From positions 9,632 through 73,631 of IMG/VR virus record IMGVR_UViG_3300044680_000064: a stretch of DNA of 64,000 nt; one strand, 5' to 3'. The translations under genes and the position numbers were made by a program. The notes under the pieces were generated by a model, which saw only the letters and a program-made list of their open reading frames with translations, did not search any database and was not told where the DNA came from. This document shows, one piece after another, positions 45,300 to 55,660 of the stretch (the stretch's first letter is position 1; every line of letters begins with the position of its first letter). The DNA is from a virus. Its lineage: Duplodnaviria; Heunggongvirae; Uroviricota; Caudoviricetes.

Positions 45300-45551
45300 G
45301 GCATCGGTCGCCGTCGTGCTTTCTAATCCCGATGCACCGTTCCGAAGCAGCACACGACGGCGACTGATTTTTGAACTGAAATACACCCCCTGAAGAGAGC
45401 CGGCTGGAGCGCAGGTGACGAAACTGTGATTGCTGGACAGAAGTCGTCGAGCCTGAACTAGCCAAAAAGTCCATGTTCGAACGAGCGCGGCGGACCAGCA
45501 ACCGCCGCCACTTTTTCTTTCAAGACAAAATCCTTTCTAGGAGTTTCAGCT

Positions 45552-45917
45552 ATGGGGCCGTTGGACCTTATTCGCCTTCAGCGCATCAAGCGCGAAGGCG
45601 TCCCTCAGATCCTGACCAATATCGCCAGCAACCCGACAACACCAGCCACGGCGCAGCCGTCGATCGCGTTCGTCAAGACGAACGACAGCGCTCAAGAGCT
45701 TTTGGCTCACGCCAGTTTGTTTGCCTTAAAACAGAAGGCCGCTTCCGGCTGTCCATTGTCGGCATCAACAATCGCGGCTCTGGGCGTCGATGATGGCTCG
45801 ATTCTCGGCAATCTCCCCTCTGGATGGTTCCAGAGTCTTCTGAGCACGGTCGTCGCCGACCTTCCGCAAATCCTGTCGTTCATCCAAGCCCTGAGCAAGA
45901 TGTTCGGTGGTGCATGA
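45552..45917 (+). CDS. hypothetical protein (121 aa)
   Basis: ORF. Confidence 0.3.
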   Translation: MGPLDLIRLQRIKREGVPQILTNIASNPTTPATAQPSIAFVKTNDSAQELLAHASLFALKQKAASGCPLSASTIAALGVDDGSILGNLPSGWFQSLLSTVVADLPQILSFIQALSKMFGGA

Positions 45918-46138
45918 GAACTTGGGGCGGCAGAAAACTCTGCCGCCTGTTCGTTTTCAATTGGTCAAGACGGTACTGTCCTAGCGTTGCGTTGCAGAGG
46001 TTGCAATGATTTCGTGTTCGGATAATATGAATGGACCGGCAGTGTTGTTGCACCGCCGGTCCCACGACAAGGCTTTGAAGGAGCCGAGCGTGTCCATTCA
46101 GAGTATCATCCGCACCGTCGAATTCAAACTCTATCTCA

Positions 46139-46834
46139 ATGCCGAACAAGAGCGCCCTACCAGAGGCCACTATGCGCCAATGCCGAAAGTGTTTTACTGA
46201 GAAACCAATTGATCGTTTTGCGAAGGCCAGAGGTCGGGATGGTTCGCCATGCCGTCGTCATACTTGCATGGACTGCGACAATGCTAGAAAGCGAGACATT
46301 CGTTGCGATCCGATCAAAGGAGAACGCAAGAGACTTCTTGGTCGCTTGAACGAAAAGAGGCTTCGAAGAACTCCGATTGGATGGTGCAAAAGAGGCGTAT
46401 TAAGCGCTCGCTGGAGAGCTTTGCAGGCCGGGATCGCTTTTACGATAACGTGGGAGGATGTCTTCGCGGTCTACCCTGCTGATGGAATTTGCCCAGCGCT
46501 CGGGATCGCGTTCCAACTCGGAGATCGCAGCCCATATAATCCGTCAATTGACCGTATAAATCCGAAGTTTGGCTACATTTCTGGAAACATTGCCGTTATC
46601 AGTAGACGGGCCAACGCGATCAAGCAGGATGCGACCTTTGAAGAATTAGAGAGAATCGCTCTTTGGCTGAAAGGCAAAATCGATCGGGACGTGGCCAGTG
46701 GCAAGGTGATCTTAGCTCGCGGCCTTGCAGTGGCAGGGCTGAAGCCTGTGGAGGGATCGACCACTATCGGCGAGCATCGTGCAAGCCGACAAGCCGGCCC
46801 GTTGAAGCAGGAAGTCCATGCAACGCATTGCTAG
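46139..46834 (+). CDS. HNH homing endonuclease
   Basis: CRRHTCMDCDN zinc finger and SIDRINPKFGYISGNIAVISRRANAIK HNH core. TAG stop. Confidence 0.6.
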   Translation: MPNKSALPEATMRQCRKCFTEKPIDRFAKARGRDGSPCRRHTCMDCDNARKRDIRCDPIKGERKRLLGRLNEKRLRRTPIGWCKRGVLSARWRALQAGIAFTITWEDVFAVYPADGICPALGIAFQLGDRSPYNPSIDRINPKFGYISGNIAVISRRANAIKQDATFEELERIALWLKGKIDRDVASGKVILARGLAVAGLKPVEGSTTIGEHRASRQAGPLKQEVHATHC

Positions 46835-46869
46835 GACACTACCGACACTACCGTCAAGACGGAGCGGCG

Positions 46870-47388
46870 ATGCCATTTCGACCACTCAGACGCTTGGAAG
46901 CACGGCTGGCGGCTGGCGTGTTCCTGAATCACGTCCAGAGCCGCACCGACCTCTCCGATGAGCAGCGAGCGGCCCTGGAGCGAGTTCGCGATGACAGCGT
47001 GGCGTTTCATCACGTCGTCAACGCCATCATGGATCAGCACTATCGTCCGAAGCTCCAAGAGCTGAGTGCTATCTTCGCAGAGAACGCGGTGGCGGCTCCT
47101 GAATTTGTTGGGAAGCAATATGGCTGGGACGTGATCGCTGAACATGCTGCGATTATCAACAGAAATCAAAATGCCCCAGCACCAGCGCCCGCCCCTCCGG
47201 CTCCGCCAGTGCCGCCTCCGATACCCATACCGACGAATCCGCAACATCCGCTGATTGCAAAAATCGTGGCGTGGTTAAACTCGTCTGGATTCGTCGCCAT
47301 CTACGACATTGTCGCTGTTCTGGTCACGCTTTTTTACCACATACCGATGCCGATTATTCCGGTGCCGAAGCCAACACCGGCCACTTGA
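46870..47388 (+). CDS. hypothetical protein with Pro/Ala-rich and hydrophobic C-terminus
   Basis: Internal ATG of ORF 46663-47388. Confidence 0.35.
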   Translation: MPFRPLRRLEARLAAGVFLNHVQSRTDLSDEQRAALERVRDDSVAFHHVVNAIMDQHYRPKLQELSAIFAENAVAAPEFVGKQYGWDVIAEHAAIINRNQNAPAPAPAPPAPPVPPPIPIPTNPQHPLIAKIVAWLNSSGFVAIYDIVAVLVTLFYHIPMPIIPVPKPTPAT

Positions 47389-47505
47389 AAAACCTTTCTG
47401 AGCGCGCTAGGTGCTGACGGCCTAGCCATAGCAGCCTCGGGATCGCAAGATTCCGGGGCTGTTGTGTTTTGCCATGTCTATTCGAGTCGCTGTGCCTATT
47501 AAGAC

Positions 47506-50500
47506 ATGGGAATACTACCGGCACCAAACGTCAACGCGCTGATGCGGCGCGACGACTACCCGATCGAAATTCTCGATTCCTACGGCAAGAAGCGTACTGA
47601 AGACGCCAACTTCCTGCTCGGGCACCAGCGCACGTTTGCAGCCGTCTATCAGACGTTCTCGAAGCAATACTTCTATCGCTTTGATGAAGCACGCATCCAC
47701 TCCGAAGAGAACTCGAAGGCGATGCGCAACGACGCCTTCATTTGCGCGCTGTTGCAAGAGCGGTACGTGCAGCTTACGTCATTAAACTGGCATCTTGAGG
47801 CAGAAGACGCTCGCAGCAACATTCAAGCCGAAGTCACCGGAAAACTCACGAACATCATTCGTGCAACAGACAGATGGGTCAATCTAGTTTGGACGCTTGC
47901 AGATGCCATTTGGTACGGGCGCATGGCCAGTGAATTGCGATGGGAAGCGCAGCCAGTCAACGGCGAGAACAGACTGTGTATTGTTGACCATCGACCGATT
48001 CTTGGCGACAAGATCCAATTCCAATATGACGGCCGGCCAGCGATCCAGGTCCACTCCAGCGCATTTGCCGAGTTGGAAAAAAAGGGAATCGTCAAGAAAG
48101 AAGACGAGCTCTACGGAAATCTGGCACCGACGTTGGTGCTGACCGATCCGCGCTGGCGAGACCGTTTCATATTCCATCGGCATCTCTCTGAGGATAACGA
48201 TTACTTTGAAGGCATGAAGGCTGGTGCCGTTCAGGGTATCGGATTGCGAAGTAAACTTTATTGGGCGTGGTGGCTTCGGGATGAGATCCTTGGGATGGCC
48301 TTGAACCATCTCCAGAAAATTTCGATGGGCGGAATTCTCGTCGTGTACTACGACGATGGCGACGCAGCTAGCCAGCTCGCTGCCGAGCAAGCTGCCATGA
48401 ATGCCGGCGAGCGATATGCGATCGCGATGCCGCGCACGAAAGGCAGTTCGAAGGACTCGAATGGCATGGAGTTCTTGGCGTTCAACGAAGCCGGCGTGAA
48501 GAGCATGACGGAAGTCATCTCAAGCTACTTCGAATCGCACATTGAAAGATTAGTCATCGGCCAAACTCTCTCCGCCAACACCGAAGGCTCTGGCCTGGGC
48601 GGCTCGGGCGTTGCCAGGCTGCACGAAGCGACGAAGTTGAAGCTGTTGCGATTCGACGCGCAGAACATGGCGGACACGCTGAGCAATGACTTGGTGATGG
48701 TCGCGCAGAAGTGGAACTTCCCGAACGCCAATTTCCGCACGCGATTCGTTTTTGACATACCGGACCCGGACGCCGCGGCGAAGTTGGAAGCGGCGATGAA
48801 GTTCATCCAGATCGGCGGCGTCGCGAAGGCGGAAGACGTGCGTCGATTTGCGGAGTTGGCGAAGCCGGAGAAAGACGATGAGGTGCTCTCGCAAGAACTC
48901 GTGCAGCGTAAGCAGATGGGCATCCAGATCGAAGGTCAGTTGCTTCTTGCCAAAGGGACGATGGCCTTGCAGCAGCAGGCAGTCCTCGAACAGCAGGCCC
49001 AGCAAGCTCAGCAGATGCAGGCGCTCGGCGCGAGCCCGCAAGCAGCCGCTCCGGGGCAGTCGGCCGCACCAGCCGCTGCTCAGCAATCAGCTCCAGCAGA
49101 AGCTCCAGCGGAACAAGAGCAAGCTGCTGCGCCAGCCGAACAGTCCGCGACACCCGAGCAAGGCGGCGGAGAAGCAACTGCCGCCGAAGTCGAGAACAAG
49201 CTGCTCGATATAGTTGCTGGCGATACCGATCCTGAATTGCCGAACATCGACCTTGGCGAAGAGCCGGTGATGGCGATGGAGGATGGAAAACTTGTACGCT
49301 ATGAATCAACCCATGCACCAAAAGGTGGCGTACAAATTCGCGGAGAATTTTATCCGGGCGGGCGCTTCATCCCTGGGGCTGTATTGGCTGCTGCCTCTCC
49401 GGAAGAAAAAGCCGAATTGGCCGCGAAGAAAGCCGAATCCGGTGAAGAAGTTCCTCAGATGCCGGCAGCGGGGCAGGATCAGCAACAAGTAGCCGCTAGC
49501 GACGAAGAACAGCCACAACCTCAGCCGCAAGAACAGCAGGTCGCGCAGGTTGTCCAGAAGATTCAAGCTCTCCCGGCGGTTCCGGAAGACGAATATCCGG
49601 CACTGCAAGAGACTCTATGGAAAGGCACAAAGAATCAGCGCGGCGTCGATCCGGAACAGCAGGAGGTTGTCTGGGCCAAGATGCTCGAGCTGTCACAGAT
49701 TCCTCGTGAGCAGTTTGCGAAAGTCGCCGGCCAGTTGTATTACAAAGCGACGCGGGCCGATCGAACGGAAGATGACAAGATCAATGCTAAAGCAGCTGGC
49801 TTGGTTCAGGGCTATATGCACCAGCGCGGCAAGATGGTCCGCGAGCAGGCGAGTACCCACGGCTTGCCGGCAGTGATCGACCGCGAAGTCCAGTCGGCGC
49901 AGAAATACATCAAGGGTCGCGGGCTGAAGATCGCGACGCAGCCGAAGTTCGTGAAGCGCCAATTCAATGACGATCTCATCAACCGCGGGATCGCCAGTGT
50001 CAGCGCTCCGTGGGTTGGTCTTGATCCGGACACGCTCAAGCAGAGGGCACGCGATGCCGACCAAGCTAGTCGTGTCGCCGGCCGGCGCGATCGCGATCAG
50101 TTCTTGGCAAATCCAAATGTGCAATCAGCGCTCATGGCAGCCAAAGGACCGAATGCGACTCCACAAGACAAGTACCGCGCCGAAGACGTACTGCGCGAAG
50201 CCGACAATGTGTACGATGATACGCGCGAATTCGAGAAGCGGGAGCGGCTTGGCTCTCTTGAGCACAAACAGAAAGTGCACCTTGCGAGCTCACTCGCGAC
50301 GGCGGACCTGATTAAGCACATTCTCAAGTGGGGCATCGACATCGCCGGGCCGATCGTCGGCGATTATGTGAAACGCAAGGTCAGCGGACGGCACGCGCAC
50401 ACCTACGCGGCCGATGATGGCGTCGTGGAGTATTCGGCCGCGGACGTGAGCGATGAGATCATTCTTGAGCTGACATTCTTGCTTCGCGACCGGATCAAGA

Positions 50501-51282
50501 ATCGCGTTCGGCGCCAGCAAATCGGGATTTCGGAAATTGAGCTTGAGCAAATGGCTACCGAGCAGGCGAAGATCTTCGCTCCGATGCTCGCGACTGTTAT
50601 CTTGCAAGTCGCAGCCGGTCAGGCGCCGACAGCGGCGCTAGAAGCAGGAATCTCCGAAGGCCAACAGGCAGCCGACTCGCAGAATCAACCGCAAGGCCCG
50701 CCGACTGGCGAACAGATGCAGGAAGCAGAGCAACAGCAACTGGAACAAACGCGAGTCTACTTCGACGACAACGGAGCGATGGTTGTCGAGTACGCTTCGC
50801 AAGCGTCTCCAAACACACATATCGACTGGACGCCAGACGGCGGCAATCGAGTGTTGGACATCGGCCGACTCTTGGAGATGGTTAAGTCTCGTCAGCCGTA
50901 CACGATTTCATTGGAGTCTGTGCGCCCGGACCTAATCAACCGTTCGCCTGACGCCGGCTTTAGCCAAGGGAAATACAAGAACTGCAACGTTGAAGTTCCG
51001 GCGCTCATTGATTCGCATGGCCGGTTGATCGACGGCCGACATCGCGCCGCGAAACTGTTCGACATGGGAGCTGACTCAATGCCGGCTCATGTCATCAACG
51101 AAGCCGAATTAAAAAAGGCGACGGTGCGAGCGAATCCGCCGATGGAAGGTCTCCACAAAAAGTTTGCCGGCTACGAAGGCACGCCGATGAGCGGGTATGG
51201 CGGCGAAGACGACGGCGACTCGCAGCCAAAACTCCCCGAAGGCCACGTCATCTCTCCAGAAGGCGAAACGGCCGCGAATTGA
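47506..51282 (+). CDS. portal-like protein fused to head-morphogenesis and ParB-like nuclease domains (1258 aa)
   Basis: N-terminal ~500 aa resemble a Mu gp29/DUF935-type portal. A Q/A-rich low-complexity linker follows. C-terminal LIDGRHRAAKL matches the ParB/Srx DGxHR motif. Confidence 0.5.
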   Translation: MGILPAPNVNALMRRDDYPIEILDSYGKKRTEDANFLLGHQRTFAAVYQTFSKQYFYRFDEARIHSEENSKAMRNDAFICALLQERYVQLTSLNWHLEAEDARSNIQAEVTGKLTNIIRATDRWVNLVWTLADAIWYGRMASELRWEAQPVNGENRLCIVDHRPILGDKIQFQYDGRPAIQVHSSAFAELEKKGIVKKEDELYGNLAPTLVLTDPRWRDRFIFHRHLSEDNDYFEGMKAGAVQGIGLRSKLYWAWWLRDEILGMALNHLQKISMGGILVVYYDDGDAASQLAAEQAAMNAGERYAIAMPRTKGSSKDSNGMEFLAFNEAGVKSMTEVISSYFESHIERLVIGQTLSANTEGSGLGGSGVARLHEATKLKLLRFDAQNMADTLSNDLVMVAQKWNFPNANFRTRFVFDIPDPDAAAKLEAAMKFIQIGGVAKAEDVRRFAELAKPEKDDEVLSQELVQRKQMGIQIEGQLLLAKGTMALQQQAVLEQQAQQAQQMQALGASPQAAAPGQSAAPAAAQQSAPAEAPAEQEQAAAPAEQSATPEQGGGEATAAEVENKLLDIVAGDTDPELPNIDLGEEPVMAMEDGKLVRYESTHAPKGGVQIRGEFYPGGRFIPGAVLAAASPEEKAELAAKKAESGEEVPQMPAAGQDQQQVAASDEEQPQPQPQEQQVAQVVQKIQALPAVPEDEYPALQETLWKGTKNQRGVDPEQQEVVWAKMLELSQIPREQFAKVAGQLYYKATRADRTEDDKINAKAAGLVQGYMHQRGKMVREQASTHGLPAVIDREVQSAQKYIKGRGLKIATQPKFVKRQFNDDLINRGIASVSAPWVGLDPDTLKQRARDADQASRVAGRRDRDQFLANPNVQSALMAAKGPNATPQDKYRAEDVLREADNVYDDTREFEKRERLGSLEHKQKVHLASSLATADLIKHILKWGIDIAGPIVGDYVKRKVSGRHAHTYAADDGVVEYSAADVSDEIILELTFLLRDRIKNRVRRQQIGISEIELEQMATEQAKIFAPMLATVILQVAAGQAPTAALEAGISEGQQAADSQNQPQGPPTGEQMQEAEQQQLEQTRVYFDDNGAMVVEYASQASPNTHIDWTPDGGNRVLDIGRLLEMVKSRQPYTISLESVRPDLINRSPDAGFSQGKYKNCNVEVPALIDSHGRLIDGRHRAAKLFDMGADSMPAHVINEAELKKATVRANPPMEGLHKKFAGYEGTPMSGYGGEDDGDSQPKLPEGHVISPEGETAAN

Positions 51283-51354
51283 CCGAGCCTCTTTGCCCGA
51301 CGATCGTGTGCTGCGTTTGCCTACGTCTCTTGAAACCAGACGAGGAAATGCGGC

Positions 51355-54300
51355 ATGGCAATCGTCACATATTCGGATCCAACCGTAGACTTCTTGAAAA
51401 CGCTCGACGACCCACGCCTCTGGGTCAAAGTGGAAAATGCACCTATCTTCAAGCCGCACGAGCGCACAATCAAGGGACCGGACGGCGCCGAGAAGAAAAT
51501 CGTCATCACCGAAGACGATTTGGAGCCGATTGCCCAGCAAATCAACCAATTGGCGGCTGACGATGGCTCCCTGCCGATCATGACCATCGGGCACCGCGTC
51601 CAAAACGATCCCAATTTCAAGGAAACCAATCAGCCGCCGTGGGTCGGTGTCGTCTGCAACGCCAAAAAGGGAACTTTCGGCCCGAAGAACAAGCCGGCTA
51701 TCACCGCGACCCTGTATTACAAGCGAAAGCACTGGGAAGAGGCCAAGGAATACCCGTTTCGCAGCATTGATTTCTACCCTGGATCGAACAAGGTATCCGG
51801 CGTCGCCCTGCTCACTCGCGATCCATACCTGTCGATGGGAATCATTTCCTACCAATCAGAAGACGCCTTGACGACGCCGTGGACCTATCACGCGCCGGCT
51901 AATGATGTTCCCGAGAGCCACACGTCCGTGCGAGCGCCAAAGGAAGGTATTGAGCTCGGTGGCCATAAGTTCGGACCAGGCCACTACATACCGCCTCACT
52001 ACATAGCGCACGCCACGCCTGAACAGTATTCGATGCTGACCGCTCGTCCGGCAGTTCCGGCGATCAAGCAGACCGGCTCGGTTCAGTCGCATGGTCTGTC
52101 CACACCAAAGGTTTCGACTCAGCGAGCCGCGAAGGAAATCGCCGCGGCCGGAAAGGCGCACATGGCTACGCACGGTGCCAACGGACCAATTCATAACGAC
52201 GGCGGCGAAGAAGCAGAAGAATACGCGCTGACGCAGCGTTTGAAGTCTGGGGCTGCGAAGTTTGGCAAGCGAACCGCGGCGAAAGCGATTCACAGCACTG
52301 CCGGCCATGCGGCGATCGGCGCTGGCGTCGGTGCCCTGGTTGGTGGAGCGCACAGCGCAATCAAGGGCGACAGCGTCGGCGAAGGTGCCGCGAAGGGCGC
52401 GATCGCTGGCGGTGCAGCCGGTGCTGCGTCGAAACAAATCTCGAAAAAGTTCCAGAAAAAGCGAATCAGCATCCCGGCTGTAATGACCTCGGCAGCTGGC
52501 AAGAAGCCAGTGAAGTATGGTCAGGGCGAGAAAATCGGCCGCACCATCGGCGAAATCGGCGGCGGGATCGCTGGCGGAGTCGGCGGCTCATTGGTGACTC
52601 CGGTTGTGGGCACGGCGATCGGCGGCGCGGGCGGGGCGCTGGCTGGCGGCGAGCTTGGAGCCGAACTTGGGAAGCACTTCGACAAGCCGGTGAAGATGGA
52701 GTCTGGTGGTGAGTCTCCGGTGCGAGCACCAGCTGGCGGGCTGGACATTGACGGCTGTCACTTCGCCGCAAATCATTACATCCCACCGAAGTACGTGGCG
52801 ATGATGACGCCCGAGCAGCACAAACTCTGCGGTAGCGATGGCGAGGCGGCGGAGTATAGCCTCGGTTCGAAAATGAAGAATGCCGCCGGCGCGGCGGCAT
52901 TGCTTGCCGGAACGATGGGCGGGATTCATTCGGTCCAAAAAGCCACGAATCCAGTTCGTGTCGGCATTCAGCAGGCCAATCAGCATGCCACGCAGAAGCG
53001 AGCGAATTCGGTGCAAATCGCGCCGCCAATACCAACCCGCCATGAGGCCGGAAAGAAGCCAGCGCAATACGGCGCGGCGAGTTCGCTAATCAAAGGCGCG
53101 GTCAATCTCGGCAAGGGCGCTCTCAAGAGCCAGACTCTACGGCGAGCGGCCACGGATGCAGCTGTTCAGGGGGGGCTCGATGTAGGCGTGAAGGCGCTTG
53201 GCGATCAGCTTTCAGGCCAAGGAATCAAGCACACGCTCACCGATCCGGCGACGCTTCACACCGGCTTGCTTGGAGCAGCCGCTGGCGGCGCAGCGGGGGC
53301 GATCGACCACAAACTGAACGGCGGCAAAACGGCTGTGCCAGCGGCATCGAACGACTCGCTTGGCAGTGCTCAATTGCAAGGGAAACGCAAGCCGGTCGCA
53401 TACGTCCTGAAGCCGCACGTCATGGTCGATCCGGGCAGCGGACAGCTCAAGATGGGCTACCAAAACATCTACGACGGGACAATCTGCTACGACGTTCAGC
53501 ACGCGCCGGCTGGCGCTCCGACGTCGCTGGCAGGAAAGACGTTCAAGCCAGGCGAATTCATCCCGGCCGCTGACATGGCGAAGGCGACGCCACAAGAAAA
53601 GGCCGCACTGTCGCAGCCGAAACCGGCAGCGGGCGCGATGCCTCAACTCGGCGGCGGCCTGCCTCAATTGCCGAAAATTCCCGGTGCCGCTCCTGCGCCA
53701 GCGGGCATGCCAACGATGGCCGCGCCGGGCGGAGAAGCAGGCAAGATGCCGGCCATGCCAACCGCAAAACCGCAAGCCGAATCTCCAGCGCCTGCCGCGA
53801 AGCCAGCAGCCGAAGCGCCGAAGGGTGCCGCACCGGCGAAAGTTGAAGCGCCAGAAGCGGACTTGTCCAAGACTGTGACGGACTTTGCGTCAACAGCTCC
53901 GCCTGAATTGCGCAAGGCGCTGACGAATCATCTCAATCAAACGATGGCCGGAAAACTCGGCAAGTTCATCAGCGGGGCGTCGCCCGAGCAACTCGAGAAA
54001 ATTGCCGCTGATTTGGCCAAGAAGCCGGTTTCTGACAATGGGCCGTCATGGGGAAAACTCATCACTGGTTCCGTTGAAGACGCCGGCCACGTCATTGGCA
54101 TCGGCAAAGGCGCGGACAAGCGTAGCTGGTGGGAGAAGAACGCTCCGAAGTGGCTTGGCGGAGCGGTCGATAAAAGCTATCGCGCCAACTTGGAAAAGTA
54201 TCCGGCGAAGAAGGCCGCGTCGATTGCGGTAATCGTTGGAGTGCTTGCAGGCGGATTCGCGGCCAAGCATTACATCAAGAAAAAAATCGGTGTCTCGATT

Positions 54301-55605
54301 CCGACCAAAGGCGGAACGGTCGGCGGCGTTGTCGGTAAAGGCATTGATTCGGTGATGCCGCTCATCGCGCACCAGTCTCCCGAAAACCCGCTGACTTTGC
54401 CTGCGTCAAATCGGCTGCGTTCCCCTACGTCTGTTGTAGCTTACGCGATGAGTATGCCAGGCTCGACAGACGCCAGCGTGCCACATTCAGCAGAGGGCCA
54501 CATGGCTGACGACAGCGAAGACGAAAACGAGCGTAACGAGAAACCGGGCGATCAGTCCGGCGAGACGGCAGGCGAAGAGCGTCAGGTCGCCGAAGAAGAC
54601 AAAGAGCCGGAAGGCTACGCTCAGCATTGCAAGTGCATGGAATACGCGATGCAGCATCACCCGAGGCTGTATGGCGTCGTTCAGCACTACGAAAACGCGA
54701 TGGCAGCCGAAGGCGCGAATCAAGAAGGCGACGCGGATCAGGAAGCGGCTCAAGACGACGAAGCCGCGGCCAGTGATTGCGAAGCCGCGGCCGACGAAGA
54801 GCATCAAGGCGAAGACGACGCCGAACTTCAGCGAATTCTCGGCGGCGGCGCCAAGGAAATGCCGGAACCTGAAGGCGACAAGCCGCAAGGATACGGCGTT
54901 GAAAAACTTCTGCCCGGCGGCGAGCAAGCGGACACGCTCGGGAAAAGCGCTCTCGGTGCCGGCCTTGGCGGACTAGCCGGTCTCGGTGTCGGTTCTGTTT
55001 TGGGTCATCCAGGAGCCGGAGCCGCAGTTGGCGCTGGCTTGGGCGGTTTAGCGGGGAAAAAAGTCATGTCTCAAGGCGATCAAGTTCCGGCCACGTATGC
55101 CGCGGCCGTCAACAATGCGTTTGAACAGGTCATCACCGAGCTCCGCTCTGTCAAGGGCGAGGTCGGGCAGCTCAAGCAGCGAGACGCCGCGAAGAGCAAG
55201 ACGATCGAAACGCTCTCCCGCGAGCGTGACGAAGCCAAGACGGTCGCCCTCATGTACCAGCTCCGGAATACCGGCGTGAAAGCCATTGGTCAGCCGGGCT
55301 CCAAGGAAGAGAAGGCCGTTTACGATCTTCTCCTCGCGATGGACGAGCCGAGCCGCACGGCCGAAGTCACCCGCATGCTGGCGTACTACGAAAAAGACGC
55401 CTCGACTCCGTACACGAATGCTGGCGCTCCGACCGGCCCGATGCTCGGCTCTGGTTTCGTGAGTCAAGCCGCTGTCACCGCGAACTCGAAACCGAAGACT
55501 CTGCCTCCGCACAAACTCGACGAAGCCTTGAAGTATATGCGGAAGACTGGCAAGGAGTTCGACGAGTGCGCCCAGTACGTGATGGACGGCGGCTCGGTCA
55601 ACTGA
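51355..55605 (+). CDS. giant head protein: Mu gpI-like protease/scaffold candidate with Gly-zipper repeats (1416 aa)
   Basis: Sits between the portal and the capsid gene. Tripled GxHYIPPxYxAxxTPEQ motif, GxxxG-rich tracts, acidic segment and terminal coiled coil. Confidence 0.5.
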   Translation: MAIVTYSDPTVDFLKTLDDPRLWVKVENAPIFKPHERTIKGPDGAEKKIVITEDDLEPIAQQINQLAADDGSLPIMTIGHRVQNDPNFKETNQPPWVGVVCNAKKGTFGPKNKPAITATLYYKRKHWEEAKEYPFRSIDFYPGSNKVSGVALLTRDPYLSMGIISYQSEDALTTPWTYHAPANDVPESHTSVRAPKEGIELGGHKFGPGHYIPPHYIAHATPEQYSMLTARPAVPAIKQTGSVQSHGLSTPKVSTQRAAKEIAAAGKAHMATHGANGPIHNDGGEEAEEYALTQRLKSGAAKFGKRTAAKAIHSTAGHAAIGAGVGALVGGAHSAIKGDSVGEGAAKGAIAGGAAGAASKQISKKFQKKRISIPAVMTSAAGKKPVKYGQGEKIGRTIGEIGGGIAGGVGGSLVTPVVGTAIGGAGGALAGGELGAELGKHFDKPVKMESGGESPVRAPAGGLDIDGCHFAANHYIPPKYVAMMTPEQHKLCGSDGEAAEYSLGSKMKNAAGAAALLAGTMGGIHSVQKATNPVRVGIQQANQHATQKRANSVQIAPPIPTRHEAGKKPAQYGAASSLIKGAVNLGKGALKSQTLRRAATDAAVQGGLDVGVKALGDQLSGQGIKHTLTDPATLHTGLLGAAAGGAAGAIDHKLNGGKTAVPAASNDSLGSAQLQGKRKPVAYVLKPHVMVDPGSGQLKMGYQNIYDGTICYDVQHAPAGAPTSLAGKTFKPGEFIPAADMAKATPQEKAALSQPKPAAGAMPQLGGGLPQLPKIPGAAPAPAGMPTMAAPGGEAGKMPAMPTAKPQAESPAPAAKPAAEAPKGAAPAKVEAPEADLSKTVTDFASTAPPELRKALTNHLNQTMAGKLGKFISGASPEQLEKIAADLAKKPVSDNGPSWGKLITGSVEDAGHVIGIGKGADKRSWWEKNAPKWLGGAVDKSYRANLEKYPAKKAASIAVIVGVLAGGFAAKHYIKKKIGVSIPTKGGTVGGVVGKGIDSVMPLIAHQSPENPLTLPASNRLRSPTSVVAYAMSMPGSTDASVPHSAEGHMADDSEDENERNEKPGDQSGETAGEERQVAEEDKEPEGYAQHCKCMEYAMQHHPRLYGVVQHYENAMAAEGANQEGDADQEAAQDDEAAASDCEAAADEEHQGEDDAELQRILGGGAKEMPEPEGDKPQGYGVEKLLPGGEQADTLGKSALGAGLGGLAGLGVGSVLGHPGAGAAVGAGLGGLAGKKVMSQGDQVPATYAAAVNNAFEQVITELRSVKGEVGQLKQRDAAKSKTIETLSRERDEAKTVALMYQLRNTGVKAIGQPGSKEEKAVYDLLLAMDEPSRTAEVTRMLAYYEKDASTPYTNAGAPTGPMLGSGFVSQAAVTANSKPKTLPPHKLDEALKYMRKTGKEFDECAQYVMDGGSVN

Positions 55606-55660
55606 GAACTTTTTCTTCGCTCCGCGATCAGGATTCAACCGGCTGACGAGGTAAGGCAAA

